Source of the DNA: an uncultured Poribacteria bacterium
Lineage (GTDB): Bacteria; Poribacteria; WGA-4E; WGA-3G
NCBI GenBank assembly: GCA_951813565.1
Contig: OX638351.1
Location: 3,040,001 to 3,104,000 of the forward strand
Length of the DNA: 64,000 nucleotides
Direction: 5' to 3'
Made by a program: the position numbers and the translations under genes. The notes under the pieces were generated by a model that was not told where the DNA came from, made no database searches, and saw nothing but the letters and a program-made list of their open reading frames with translations. Positions 51,837 to 61,970 of the stretch are shown here, piece after piece. The stretch's first letter is position 1, and the number at the start of each line of letters is the position of its first letter.

Positions 51837-51895
51837 AATACGGACCTCCTTATTTTGGAGTTGTCTAAACCAAAAATGGAATGAAGGAGAATATC

Positions 51896-54382
51896 GTGAA
51901 ACATATAAAACTCATAGCACTTATTGGCATATTTTTTTGCGTTGCAACGTATGCATACGCTCAAGAAAATGAAGACACATCAAAACTTTCAGAGGAACAG
52001 AAGCGATTTGACCTTGATGGGAACGGTGTACTTAGTCGTGAAGAAGATCAACTCATGCTTCGAATTACAAGTTTAGAGGCGTTCACAGATAGTAAACTAA
52101 GCCGTGAAGAAATTGAGAAGATAGCTGGTAACCGTTCAGATAGAGATGACGGTAGGACACCGACCAATTTTAGAGGGGCACCTCCAAATTTTAGAGGTGG
52201 AAGAGGCGGGCCTCGACCACCGGAAAAAATGGTTGCACGGTTTGATACGAATAAAGACGGAAAACTGACTGGTGACGAGCGGAAAGCGGCACTTGAAGCG
52301 CGCGGTGACGCATACTCACCTGAACAACGCGCGGGAACCCTGATAGGCAATATTCAGAGCGACGTGGAAGCAAGTCTTGCTTCCACACCAAAAGATTTAC
52401 CCGCATTCTATGATGCAGGGACACTCCGTACTCTATATCTCCGTTTCCACGATGAAGATTGGTATGCACAACTAAATGCATTCTATCGTACAGATGTTGA
52501 AGTGCCAGCCGAGTTAGTTGTTGACGGGAAGGTTTATCCAGAAGTCGGTGTTCGCTTCCGCGGCACCTCCTCCTACTTTACTGTTCAGTCAGCAAAAAAG
52601 TCCTTTAACATTGCCGTTGACTATGGCGATGATAGCCAACGCCTTCACGGTTATAAGACGCTCAACTTACTCAACGGACACGTTGATGCGTCTTTCCTTC
52701 GCGAAGTACTCTACAATAGGATTGCACGCGACTACATACCCGCCATGAAAACTAATCTTGTTAAATTGGTGATCAACGGTGAAAGTTGGGGTGTGTATAT
52801 CAATTTGCAGCAATTCAACAAAGATTTTCTGGATGAGTGGTTCGGCACAAGAGATGGTGTCCGTTGGAAAGTCGGTCCCGGGGGTGGTGCTTTGACCTAT
52901 CCCGGAAACGATACAGAAGCATATCAGAGCACATATCAACTTAAAACTGCGAATATCGAAAATCCATGGGAAGACCTCATTGCGCTCTGTGAAATGCTTG
53001 CGCCCAAAACACCTGATGCAAAATTAGAAACGGACCTACCATCAATATTTAACGTTGACCGTGCCTTGTGGCAACTGGCTGTCTCAAACGTCTTTATGGA
53101 TGATGATAGTTACATTCATAAAGGTGGAGATTTTTCCATTTATCAGGATGTCAATGAGAGATTTCACCTCATATCGCACGATAACAATGAAACTTTTAGG
53201 TTTGGTGGCGAGCGTCGTGGTGGTGGACCCGGTGGCAGAGGTCCCGGCGGTTGGTCGTGGGGAGAGTTAATATTAGGGACGGTATCTCCAACGACACACG
53301 CTGAAAATCCGATGCGTCCTGTTATTAGCCGTCTGCTTGGCAATCCAAAATGGAAAGCACGATATATCGCACATGTACATACAGTCGTAGATGAGTGGCT
53401 TGATTGGGAGGTGTTGGAACCGGTCATCAAAGAATACCATACACTCATTGATGCAGAAGTACAGCAAGACGATAAAAAACTTTACGACTACCGCAGTTTT
53501 GAGGAAAGTGTTGATGGCGACCGTGGTGGACGCACGCCGAGTTTCAAGCGATATGTAACCCAAAGGCGAGAGATTTTACTCAATCATCCAGAATTGAAAA
53601 AGCCTACACCAAAGATTATTTCCGTTTCCACACCTGAGAATCCTACGTCAAATCAAACCGTCGAAATTACAGCGAAATTAGATAAAACTGTTGCAGCGGA
53701 TTTGGTGTTACTGTATTATAGTACTGATCGTCATGCAGTTTTTAAACACACAGAGATGTCAAAGAGCGGAGATAAATTTGTCGGTAGTATTCCATCTTTT
53801 CCAGCAGATACAACAGTCTATTATTATGTGGAAGCAAGCGCAGTGAAAACACATGGCACTACAACATTTTCGCCTGCACGCGCAGAGTTCGGCGCTACCC
53901 ATTACAAGGTCACATTACCACAAGCAAAAGAGGTGGTGGTCGTAATTAACGAACTCATGGCAACCAATACCACGAGTATTGTTGACCCGCAGGGAGATCA
54001 CGAAGACTGGCTTGAATTGCACAACCTTACAGATAGCCCCGTGCTGCTCACCGGAATGTATCTTACTGATAAAATGGACAATCCCAGAAAATGGGAATTT
54101 CCTAAAAACACTACGATACCACCGCGTGGGTACTTAATTGTATGGTTAGATGAAGATGGAAAAGCGGCAGAAGGGTTACATGCAAACTTTAAATTATCTC
54201 GCAGTGGTGAAACAGTCATGCTCGTGGATACGGACGCGCGCATGAATCAGGTGATAGATACAATTACATTTGGACAGCAGAAAAAAGATACCGCTATCGG
54301 TAGATTACCGAATGCTACTGGTACTTTTCAAACTGTGCAAATGACACCTGGGAAACAAAACACTAAAAAGAAAACAAAATAA
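51896..54382 (+). CDS. Secreted CotH-kinase family protein with EF-hands and C-terminal lamin-tail domain
   Basis: DLDGNGVLSREE, DTNKDGKLTGDE; VGVRFRGTSS, KKSFNI, LREVL; VVINELMA..DWLELHN. Confidence 0.82.
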   Translation: MKHIKLIALIGIFFCVATYAYAQENEDTSKLSEEQKRFDLDGNGVLSREEDQLMLRITSLEAFTDSKLSREEIEKIAGNRSDRDDGRTPTNFRGAPPNFRGGRGGPRPPEKMVARFDTNKDGKLTGDERKAALEARGDAYSPEQRAGTLIGNIQSDVEASLASTPKDLPAFYDAGTLRTLYLRFHDEDWYAQLNAFYRTDVEVPAELVVDGKVYPEVGVRFRGTSSYFTVQSAKKSFNIAVDYGDDSQRLHGYKTLNLLNGHVDASFLREVLYNRIARDYIPAMKTNLVKLVINGESWGVYINLQQFNKDFLDEWFGTRDGVRWKVGPGGGALTYPGNDTEAYQSTYQLKTANIENPWEDLIALCEMLAPKTPDAKLETDLPSIFNVDRALWQLAVSNVFMDDDSYIHKGGDFSIYQDVNERFHLISHDNNETFRFGGERRGGGPGGRGPGGWSWGELILGTVSPTTHAENPMRPVISRLLGNPKWKARYIAHVHTVVDEWLDWEVLEPVIKEYHTLIDAEVQQDDKKLYDYRSFEESVDGDRGGRTPSFKRYVTQRREILLNHPELKKPTPKIISVSTPENPTSNQTVEITAKLDKTVAADLVLLYYSTDRHAVFKHTEMSKSGDKFVGSIPSFPADTTVYYYVEASAVKTHGTTTFSPARAEFGATHYKVTLPQAKEVVVVINELMATNTTSIVDPQGDHEDWLELHNLTDSPVLLTGMYLTDKMDNPRKWEFPKNTTIPPRGYLIVWLDEDGKAAEGLHANFKLSRSGETVMLVDTDARMNQVIDTITFGQQKKDTAIGRLPNATGTFQTVQMTPGKQNTKKKTK

Positions 54383-54501
54383 CGGATCTCCAAAAGAAAA
54401 ACGAACTTTTTTGTTTGTGCTATGTCCTATCAGTTGAAAACGAAATCTAAAACCTAATGATAGCAAAAACTTTTAGAAGTTCATGAACACTGGAGGAGAT
54501 A

Positions 54502-55122
54502 ATGTCCGTTACGACCCTCACTGCAGATATGGAAACCTATTCGGATATAGCCCAAGTGGAAGATTTCGACACCCAACAGGAACGCGAACTTATTTTGCGA
54601 TGCCAAGAAAGAGATACTGCTGCGATGGGAACCTTAATTGTGCAATACCAGCACTGGGTTTACAATATCGCTTACGGTATGCTTGGACATCATGAAGACG
54701 CAGAAGATGCTGCACATGACGCATTCCTTTCTGTTTGGCAAAATATCAATAAGTTCCAGTTCCGATCCCGATTTTCTACATGGCTTTATCGGATTGTAAA
54801 GAATAAGTGTCTCAATCTTATTGACCAACGTAAACGCCGAAAAACAGAACCGATGGAGATTGATGACTCACAACCTTGGGTACCGCTTGACACCAGAACA
54901 CCTGAACAAGAAGCACTGCGCACCGAACAGAGTGAAATACTCCACGCCGCCCTTGACAGACTCAAAGAAAGTTATCGAACAATCTTAATTCTGCGAGAAT
55001 TGCGTGAACTCTCTTATGAAGAGATAGCGAAAATTCTCAATTGCACACTGGGACGCGTCAAGTCCCGCTTACATGAAGCACGAAAAGCCTTAAGAGCTGA
55101 ACTTGAACGTATCGATTGGTAA
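54502..55122 (+). CDS. ECF RNA polymerase sigma factor
   Basis: DAEDAAHDAF, FSTWLYRI, LSYEEIA..GRVKSRLHEAR. Confidence 0.92.
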   Translation: MSVTTLTADMETYSDIAQVEDFDTQQERELILRCQERDTAAMGTLIVQYQHWVYNIAYGMLGHHEDAEDAAHDAFLSVWQNINKFQFRSRFSTWLYRIVKNKCLNLIDQRKRRKTEPMEIDDSQPWVPLDTRTPEQEALRTEQSEILHAALDRLKESYRTILILRELRELSYEEIAKILNCTLGRVKSRLHEARKALRAELERIDW

Positions 55123-55210
55123 GTAGTAGGCACACTCCGCTGTGCCGTAACCCTAAAGTCCAATGCACGCGCTGTCGTGCCGGAACCTCTAACTAATTGA
55201 AGTCATAAAA

Positions 55211-55723
55211 ATGAAACATCAACATATTCAGAAACAACTATCGGCATATTTAGATAATGAATTGGCACCAGCTATGTATAAAAAGGTGGATGACCATCTT
55301 CACGGCTGCCAAGAATGTGCAGACATGCTGGCAGATTTCAAGCAAAACCAGCAACGGATTGCGCAACTTGTGCACCCCGCGCCATCTATGAAGAACGCCG
55401 TTTTGGCAAAGATTAGAGAAGCAGAAGCAGCACCGCAGAAAAAATTGCTTCCAATATTTAGACGTTGGGTTTTTCGTCCTTTCACTGTGGGTGCAACTGC
55501 CTTTTCAACTGTCTGTATCATTGTCGCCTTTTTCATCTTTACATATTCGCCTGCCCCTCAATACGATGAACTCCTCGATTTCTATTTTGGTGTTCATACA
55601 GAAGAGGTCGCGAATAATCCCTTGAAATCGAACGTCGCTACGCCACTTAGCAATCCCACGACATTTACCGAAGATATCGGTGAAGATACAGAAACATTGC
55701 TCAATCTGTATCTGGGTGATTAA
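55211..55723 (+). CDS. Zinc-finger (zf-HC2) anti-sigma factor
   Basis: LSAYLDNEL, HLHGCQEC, one TM helix. Confidence 0.88.
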   Translation: MKHQHIQKQLSAYLDNELAPAMYKKVDDHLHGCQECADMLADFKQNQQRIAQLVHPAPSMKNAVLAKIREAEAAPQKKLLPIFRRWVFRPFTVGATAFSTVCIIVAFFIFTYSPAPQYDELLDFYFGVHTEEVANNPLKSNVATPLSNPTTFTEDIGEDTETLLNLYLGD

Positions 55724-55758
55724 TCCGCTGTGGATCTAAGAAATGCATAGGTGATCTT

Positions 55759-56805
55759 ATGTCAACCAAACCACTACGCGCATGCTGCTTTTTAACGCTA
55801 ACTATCTCTCTGTTAGTAGCCAACTATCTCTTTGCCGATGTCGCTACGCTTAAACGCATTGCGGAAGCAGAACGTGATGTTGCTTATATCGGGCTTCGCC
55901 TAAAAACATCCAGTACATCTCGCGGCGTGCGGACGATGGAGGAAATTGTCATTCATAGAACGGCAGAAGATGCTTATCGGAAGGTCGAATCTGTTATTGG
56001 AGAACAAAAGTCATTTGTTAAAGAAAACGAGAGCGACAAGAAACAGGACGACAAAAGCAAAGAAAGAGATGATCGTAGAAGGAGCAGAGAATTTAGATGG
56101 GCACGACAGGGAAGCCAATTCTCTCCAAAAGAAATTGAATTGATCGCACAAAACTACGAATTGGAGCTGCGACGTTGGGGAGAAAAAATCGCGGGTTATG
56201 AGACCGACCTCCTAATTATCAAGCCCAAAAACACCGGTAGACCCACAAAACATATCTACTTTGCACGCAAAAACAGTGTTATCTTACGGGGGGAAGATTT
56301 AGACCCCTCTGGGGTACTCCGAGAAATGTTCGTTTATACCCGAATCAGTTTTGACCCAAAGAGCGTGGAAACCAAGTGGAAAAGTTTACGCGAAAAGATT
56401 AAACCGGAACCACGGAGTTACCACCCCGTTTCTCATGCTGAAGCCGAAAAAGTCCTTAAGAAAAAACCGATTAAACCGCAATACTTACCCCCCGGTTTTC
56501 AACTTCAGAGTCTGTATAAACATAAAATAAGAAGTAGAAATTCAATACGATTAAAATATACAGATGGCTTGTTGGATTTCAACCTATTTGAAATGACTGG
56601 CAAAATACCAAGTCGTGGTGATCGCAATCGAGAGGAGAATGTAATTCAAATTGGCGATACATCTGTGCAGAGATATCAGCGAGGATCGACCCATGCATTC
56701 ACATGGTCAAGCGGGGATGTCCATTTCTTCCTATATGGACCAATGTCTGTAACTGAATTGCAGAAGGTTGTAGAATCTATTATCCACAAAGCAAATCAGA
56801 AGTAG
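55759..56805 (+). CDS. MucB/RseB-like periplasmic sigma regulator
   Basis: Follows the ECF/anti-sigma pair; signal peptide; IAGYET, PQYLPPGF, YTDGL. Confidence 0.65.
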   Translation: MSTKPLRACCFLTLTISLLVANYLFADVATLKRIAEAERDVAYIGLRLKTSSTSRGVRTMEEIVIHRTAEDAYRKVESVIGEQKSFVKENESDKKQDDKSKERDDRRRSREFRWARQGSQFSPKEIELIAQNYELELRRWGEKIAGYETDLLIIKPKNTGRPTKHIYFARKNSVILRGEDLDPSGVLREMFVYTRISFDPKSVETKWKSLREKIKPEPRSYHPVSHAEAEKVLKKKPIKPQYLPPGFQLQSLYKHKIRSRNSIRLKYTDGLLDFNLFEMTGKIPSRGDRNREENVIQIGDTSVQRYQRGSTHAFTWSSGDVHFFLYGPMSVTELQKVVESIIHKANQK

Positions 56806-56820
56806 AACGAGTTATCTATC

Positions 56821-56903
56821 GTAGGGGCGGGTCTCTGTGCCCGCCCATTGTTTGTACAGCAAATATGTCAACTTAACGCTATATGCGCGGACAGCATTCG
56901 GCG
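56821..56903. repeat. Inverted pair of GTAG-type REPs
   Basis: GTAGGGGCGGGTCTCTGTGCCCGCCC and reverse copy; same family at 9728-9754. Confidence 0.75.
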
Positions 56904-57080
56904 GGGCACAGAGACCCGCCCTACAATTATAGTAAAATTCACAATTACCTTTACATTGGCGAGGTTAGGAAACCTCGCCAGCGCATGCGTGTGGGAATTG
57001 CTGTTCATTGAAATGTGAACATATTATTGGATTTTACTATAACTGACCAACCTGTAATAACCACAACCAAAGGAGAAATC

Positions 57081-57902
57081 ATGAAAATCTATCAGGTCCT
57101 AATGTTAACTACCCTCTTAACCGGACAATTTCTTGCAGGCAGCGCAGATGCCGACAATCATGCTGACCCCATAAAAGACGAACTTGAGAAATCACCGCGT
57201 CATGGGGAATGGGTAAAAATCACCGCTGTTGATAAGCGCGAACTCAACGCTTTTATCGTTTTCCCGGAAGTGAAAGAACCCGCAACTGCTATCATTGTTA
57301 TCCACGAGATTTTTGGACTAACCGATTGGATTCGACTCGTCGCAGATAGGCTTGCCGCCGATGGATTTGTCGCTATCTGTCCAGATTTGCTTTCCGGTAT
57401 GGGACCGGAAGGTGGCGGAACAGAGAGTTTTGCCTCTGGTGACGATGTACGGCGCGCAATTCGTGGGCTTACAACGGAACGCGTGACAACAGATTTAGAT
57501 GCTGTGCGCAAATATGTTCACGACTTACCCTCAACGAACGATAAGGTCGCAGTCTCCGGATTCTGCTGGGGTGGTAAGCAAACGTTTAGTTATGCTGTTC
57601 ATTCTGATGAGATCGCTGGTGCGTTTGTGTTTTACGGTTCTGCACCACCTATAGAAGATGTCCCCAAGATTTCTGCACCAGTATACGGGTTTTATGGTGA
57701 GAGCGATAACCGTATCAACGCGACAATTGATGCGACTAAAACTGCAGCGGATGCCGCAAAAGTTAAGTATGAACCTGTTATTTATAAAGGTGTTGGTCAT
57801 GCATTCTTGCGGCGCGGCATGGCGGAAAATGCGAATGAAGCACAGAAAACGGCTACTAAAGAAGCATGGGAACGGTGGGTTACGCTTTTGCGCGGTCTTT
57901 AG
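57081..57902 (+). CDS. Secreted dienelactone hydrolase family protein
   Basis: IHEIFGL, GFCWGG, GHAF; ATG follows AGGAG. Confidence 0.9.
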   Translation: MKIYQVLMLTTLLTGQFLAGSADADNHADPIKDELEKSPRHGEWVKITAVDKRELNAFIVFPEVKEPATAIIVIHEIFGLTDWIRLVADRLAADGFVAICPDLLSGMGPEGGGTESFASGDDVRRAIRGLTTERVTTDLDAVRKYVHDLPSTNDKVAVSGFCWGGKQTFSYAVHSDEIAGAFVFYGSAPPIEDVPKISAPVYGFYGESDNRINATIDATKTAADAAKVKYEPVIYKGVGHAFLRRGMAENANEAQKTATKEAWERWVTLLRGL

Positions 57903-58658
57903 CACCGAAGGTGCGAAAGGTGTATAGTAAACTTGTGTCATTCTAAATTTTAGCCCCAGCGGGGCGACAGGTGTATTATAGATTAAGGAATCACATGATG
58001 GCTGATACCTATACCCAATTGTACGTACATATTGTATTCGCTGTTAAAGGCAGACAGCACCTCATTCCGAAACAACACAAAGAGGCACTACATCAATATA
58101 TAACTCGTATTATCACAAACAAAAAACAGACAGTAATTCGTATCAATTCAATGCCGGACCATATCCATATCCTTGTCGGTCTAACACCCGATATTGCATT
58201 ATCTGATTTGGTGAGAGACATAAAGGCAAATTCATCAAAACACATTAATAAGAAAGGATGGATTATGGGGAGATTTGAATGGCAGACAGGTTTTGCAGCA
58301 TTTTCATATTCTGAATCTCAGTTGGATACGGTTGTTAATTACATCAAAAATCAGGAAATTCATCATTCTCGTCTGACATTCAGAGAAGAATATCTTGCGT
58401 TTTTAGAACGTTTTAATGTTCCTTATAATCCGAAATACGTCTTTGATCCGGATGACGATTCTGAGATTTGAGCACCTTTCGCCCCGCTGGGGCTTTAGAA
58501 TGTTGTTTACGCGTATTTCTATACACCTTTCGCCTCTCCGAGGCTGTTGCAATTTTATGCGGTGTTTCTTTGATGTATTAGCACCAGAGGTGCGAAAGGT
58601 GTATAGTAAACGTATGTCATATACGTTCTTGAGCACCAGCGGTGCGGAAGGTGTATAA
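57901..58658. repeat. Six palindromic REP-like repeats flanking the Y1 transposase gene
   Basis: Consensus CTATACACCTKTC-GCNNC-nnn-GNNGC-T at about 57901, 57952, 58472, 58519, 58580, 58632. Confidence 0.85.
57995..58471 (+). CDS. tnpA: Y1 HUH transposase (IS200/IS605 TnpA or REP-associated type)
   Basis: HIVFAVK, HUH motif DHIHIL, WQTGF, catalytic YIKNQ; no tnpB. Confidence 0.9.
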   Translation: MMADTYTQLYVHIVFAVKGRQHLIPKQHKEALHQYITRIITNKKQTVIRINSMPDHIHILVGLTPDIALSDLVRDIKANSSKHINKKGWIMGRFEWQTGFAAFSYSESQLDTVVNYIKNQEIHHSRLTFREEYLAFLERFNVPYNPKYVFDPDDDSEI

Positions 58659-58762
58659 AATTGTGAGGCACAGAGACCTCGCCCTACAATGAAAGTGAGC
58701 ATTTAGAAAGAAATCGGGCGGACAAAGCCTCCCACAAAATTGGTAATCAATAAGGAACACAC

Positions 58763-59527
58763 ATGCCAAACCGACTCAAAAATAAAATCGCAATTATCAC
58801 AGGGGCAGCGCGCGGTATTGGCGCGAAAAGTGCTGAGCTTTTTGCTGCAGAAGGCGCGGCTGTTGCTATCTGGGATGTGAACGCGGAACGTGGGAACACA
58901 GTAGCACAACAGATTCAATCTGCGGGCGACACAGCAATTTTCTGCAAATGCGATGTAACCGATGCCACGCAGATTAAAGATGCAGCACAACACATCACAT
59001 CTGAACTTGGCACACCGAACGTACTGTTTAACAATGCGGGAATCGCTGTTGTTGGGGAATTAGAGCATATTTCTGAAGCGGATTGGGATCGGCAGTATGC
59101 GGTCAACGTGAAAAGCATCTATCTTGTTTCACGGGCAATTATCCCGTTGATGCGCGAGGCAGGTAGCGGTGCGATTATCAATATGGCGAGCGAATCTGCT
59201 TATGTCGGGTTTCCGATGCATCCTGCCTATACATCTTCTAAAGCTGCTGTGGTACATCTCACCCGTAGCATGGCGGTGCGGTATGCTGAGGACAACATCC
59301 GCGTCAACAGTCTATGTCCCGGCACGATTAACACGGAGCTTTACCAAGAATTCATCGCACAACAGGATGACCCCGAAGCGGTCAACAGAGAGATTGAAGC
59401 GATGCATCCGTTGGGTATCGGTGAGCCGGAAGACATCGCATGGGCGGCGGTTTATTTGGCGTCAGATGAATCGCGATATATGACGGGCGCACCGATGTTG
59501 GTTGAGGGTGGAATTCTGTCCTTATAA
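58763..59527 (+). CDS. SDR family oxidoreductase
   Basis: TGAARGIG, NNAG, YTSSK, CPG. Confidence 0.92.
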   Translation: MPNRLKNKIAIITGAARGIGAKSAELFAAEGAAVAIWDVNAERGNTVAQQIQSAGDTAIFCKCDVTDATQIKDAAQHITSELGTPNVLFNNAGIAVVGELEHISEADWDRQYAVNVKSIYLVSRAIIPLMREAGSGAIINMASESAYVGFPMHPAYTSSKAAVVHLTRSMAVRYAEDNIRVNSLCPGTINTELYQEFIAQQDDPEAVNREIEAMHPLGIGEPEDIAWAAVYLASDESRYMTGAPMLVEGGILSL

Positions 59528-59815
59528 TAAGGTGAACCGTAGGTTGGGTAGAGCGAAGCGAAACCCATAAGTGTCAACTTAAGAAAAAAATGCTGGCTTA
59601 TCTCTTGTGGGAGGGGTTTTCAACCCCGATTTCTTCTCTATGAGAGGTATTCAACTATGAGAAATCAATATATCGGGCAGACAAGGTTTCCCTCCCAGAA
59701 GAAAATATATTATCCTTACAACTACCCAATCAATGTAAAATCAGGCTTACAAAACCTCTTGTAGGAGTGAATCAACGCAGCATGCGCGTATGGCATGCTG
59801 CGGATTTTCAACCGC

Positions 59816-59958
59816 GATAAATCGGCGTTGAAAACGCCTCCCACAAGAAAGGTAAATCGGGCGGACAAAGTTTCCCTCCCACAAGAAAGGTAAATCGGGC
59901 GGACAAAGTCCTTCCACAAGAAAGATAAATCGGCGTTGAAAACGCCTCCCACAAGAAA
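59816..59958. repeat. Tandem array of four 35-38-bp REP units
   Basis: TAAATCGG-[hairpin]-CCCACAAGAAA in A-B-B'-A order. Confidence 0.8.
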
Positions 59959-59970
59959 ATGTCCCTTTCC

Positions 59971-60906
59971 CTACAACGCATGATCCGACGGTTTAAGACC
60001 CTTCTTAAACGTACCGAACCCGAAGAAAGTCGGCTCATATTCACCGACATAATCAACATTGCTTTTCTCAGGGATAACGTCCTCCATCCCCATACCCCAA
60101 TAACATCCGTTGACAAGCAGACGCCGCAACCCTTCGCTTTCTAAATCAACAGACGCTCCCATCGTGGTATTGAAGACACGAGACGTATTCCCCAATTCAC
60201 CCGTATATGTCTTTATCCATGCCAACGGCATCGTGACGGTATCCGGTTTCGGTGCATCTGTAGGCTCCATACCGACCAATACCTGTCCGTGTACCAAGAC
60301 CTGTGCATCACCCGTCAACTCCTTAATACCGTAAACATCCGACGGTCCCCATATATCCGAAACACCTTTAAGTATAGGATGATCTTTGTGCCCTTCATCA
60401 ATCACACCCCGCGCGCTCTCTTTACCGTGATGTCCATGATGATTGATCCAAGTCTCTCCAAGCACTTGCCGACCGTAGCCACCATCAAATTCTTTGCTAT
60501 TAAAACTATATTTCGCGTAGGGACTATCAAGGTTACGCGTATAGTTGAAAGCGTGTGTCGCTGTCCGAAGTCCCATCACTGGTTTACCTGCATTCGTATA
60601 GTCTATGATATGTTTCATCTGTTCATCGGGCAGTTCACGGAAACGCGTGAACAACACCAGCATATCCGCTGATTCCAGATGATGGAGCCCTGGTATGTTT
60701 TCCTGATTATTCGGATCAATTTCGCCTGTTTCGGGATTGATAGCGAACAGCACTGTGCATCGGAAGCCGTGATGTGTGGCTAATACTTTGCCTAACATCG
60801 GCATCGCTTCTTCGGAACGATATTCCTCATCGCCACTTACCAGAACAATGTGTTTGCCTTTGCCAGCACCATCGCCACCTTCATAAACAACCCATTCGTT
60901 ATTCAT
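59971..60906 (-). CDS. ThuA-like (class I glutamine amidotransferase-like fold) protein
   Basis: SGDEEYRSEE, GLRTATHAF, HPILKGV, RVFNTTMG. Confidence 0.7.
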   Translation of the reverse strand: MNNEWVVYEGGDGAGKGKHIVLVSGDEEYRSEEAMPMLGKVLATHHGFRCTVLFAINPETGEIDPNNQENIPGLHHLESADMLVLFTRFRELPDEQMKHIIDYTNAGKPVMGLRTATHAFNYTRNLDSPYAKYSFNSKEFDGGYGRQVLGETWINHHGHHGKESARGVIDEGHKDHPILKGVSDIWGPSDVYGIKELTGDAQVLVHGQVLVGMEPTDAPKPDTVTMPLAWIKTYTGELGNTSRVFNTTMGASVDLESEGLRRLLVNGCYWGMGMEDVIPEKSNVDYVGEYEPTFFGFGTFKKGLKPSDHAL

Positions 60907-61141
60907 TGATATATTATACTCCAGTCATAAGATTTATATTTCAGAGTATAGCACAGTTTTGGTAAAAAGTCATGGGTGTGTTGTTAATTAATGATTAATG
61001 TCCGAGGCGCAGCATGCCGGACGCGCATGCTGCGTTGATTTGGCAATGAATTGCGCGACTACGAACGCACATAGTCTTGAGATTACGCGATTGCGAACAA
61101 CAATTAAACTTGACAACAATAAAATACACCTTTATAATATA

Positions 61142-61510
61142 ACTATACTTTGGACAATTTTAGCTGTTTTCGTGAGGTTGGGTTAGAGAAAAACATATAG
61201 TTTTCATATTGGACACCTGTCGCCCCGCTGGGGCTGAAGCGGGTTGTTTACCGCGTTTCTATACACCTGTCGCCCCGCTGGGGCTGCCCAAAAGGTATTT
61301 TGGACGAGTTCTTTCAGCCAGCAAAATCGCAGAAAATATAAATAATATAAGATGACACCTTAGCCCCAGCGGGGCGACAGGTATATAGAAGAAGGTAATT
61401 GCCGCTGTCTAAAGCCCCAGCGGGGCGACAGGTGTCCAATATTTTGCTTTGGACACCTAACAGTTTCTCAGCAAGTCCTCGAACAATATGTAAATTGTCC
61501 AAAGTATAGT
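61142..61510. mobile_element. 369-bp MITE carrying four REP-like repeats
   Basis: Perfect 19-bp TIR ACTATACTTTGGACAATTT/AAATTGTCCAAAGTATAGT; 6-bp TSD AATATA. Confidence 0.88.
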
Positions 61511-61853
61511 AATATAAATACATACAAAAAAACTTGGCAAATTTGTGCAAAATTGCTACAATACATTAAAAATCAATAAAATTACCGAATTTCCTATAAT
61601 TTTCAACAAAAATACTTGACAAACTTTGCAACAAAGGGTATACTTAATAGCGTGGCATGCAATCCGTTCAGAATTTTTGCAGCCAACAAACTCAAAAATA
61701 CTTGACAAAGTTTCGCAATTTGTGTTATCATTAAATTATGCGGACAGAGATTCAATTAATACATTACCATATTTTTGCGTTGGTAATACCGGAATACTAC
61801 ATAAATCTCTCAAACGCAATTGTTCTTTACGAAACGCAACCCTCTTATAGGAT

Positions 61854-61970
61854 GGGTTTTTCTTGTAGGAGGGTTTTGAAAGCCCGATAACAGAACCCCG
61901 ATTATTATAGGGTTTTTCTTGTGGGAGGGCTTTGAAAGCCCGATAACAGAACCCCGATTATTATAGGGTT
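61854..61970. repeat. Tandem 56-bp duplication containing a GTAG/GTGG REP
   Basis: Two near-identical units starting at 61854 and 61910. Confidence 0.8.

Noticed and set aside
59816..59958. Possible CRISPR array for the cas operon
   Set aside because: The variable parts are short, palindromic and repeated (A-B-B'-A); the units are REPs found singly elsewhere, with no unique spacers
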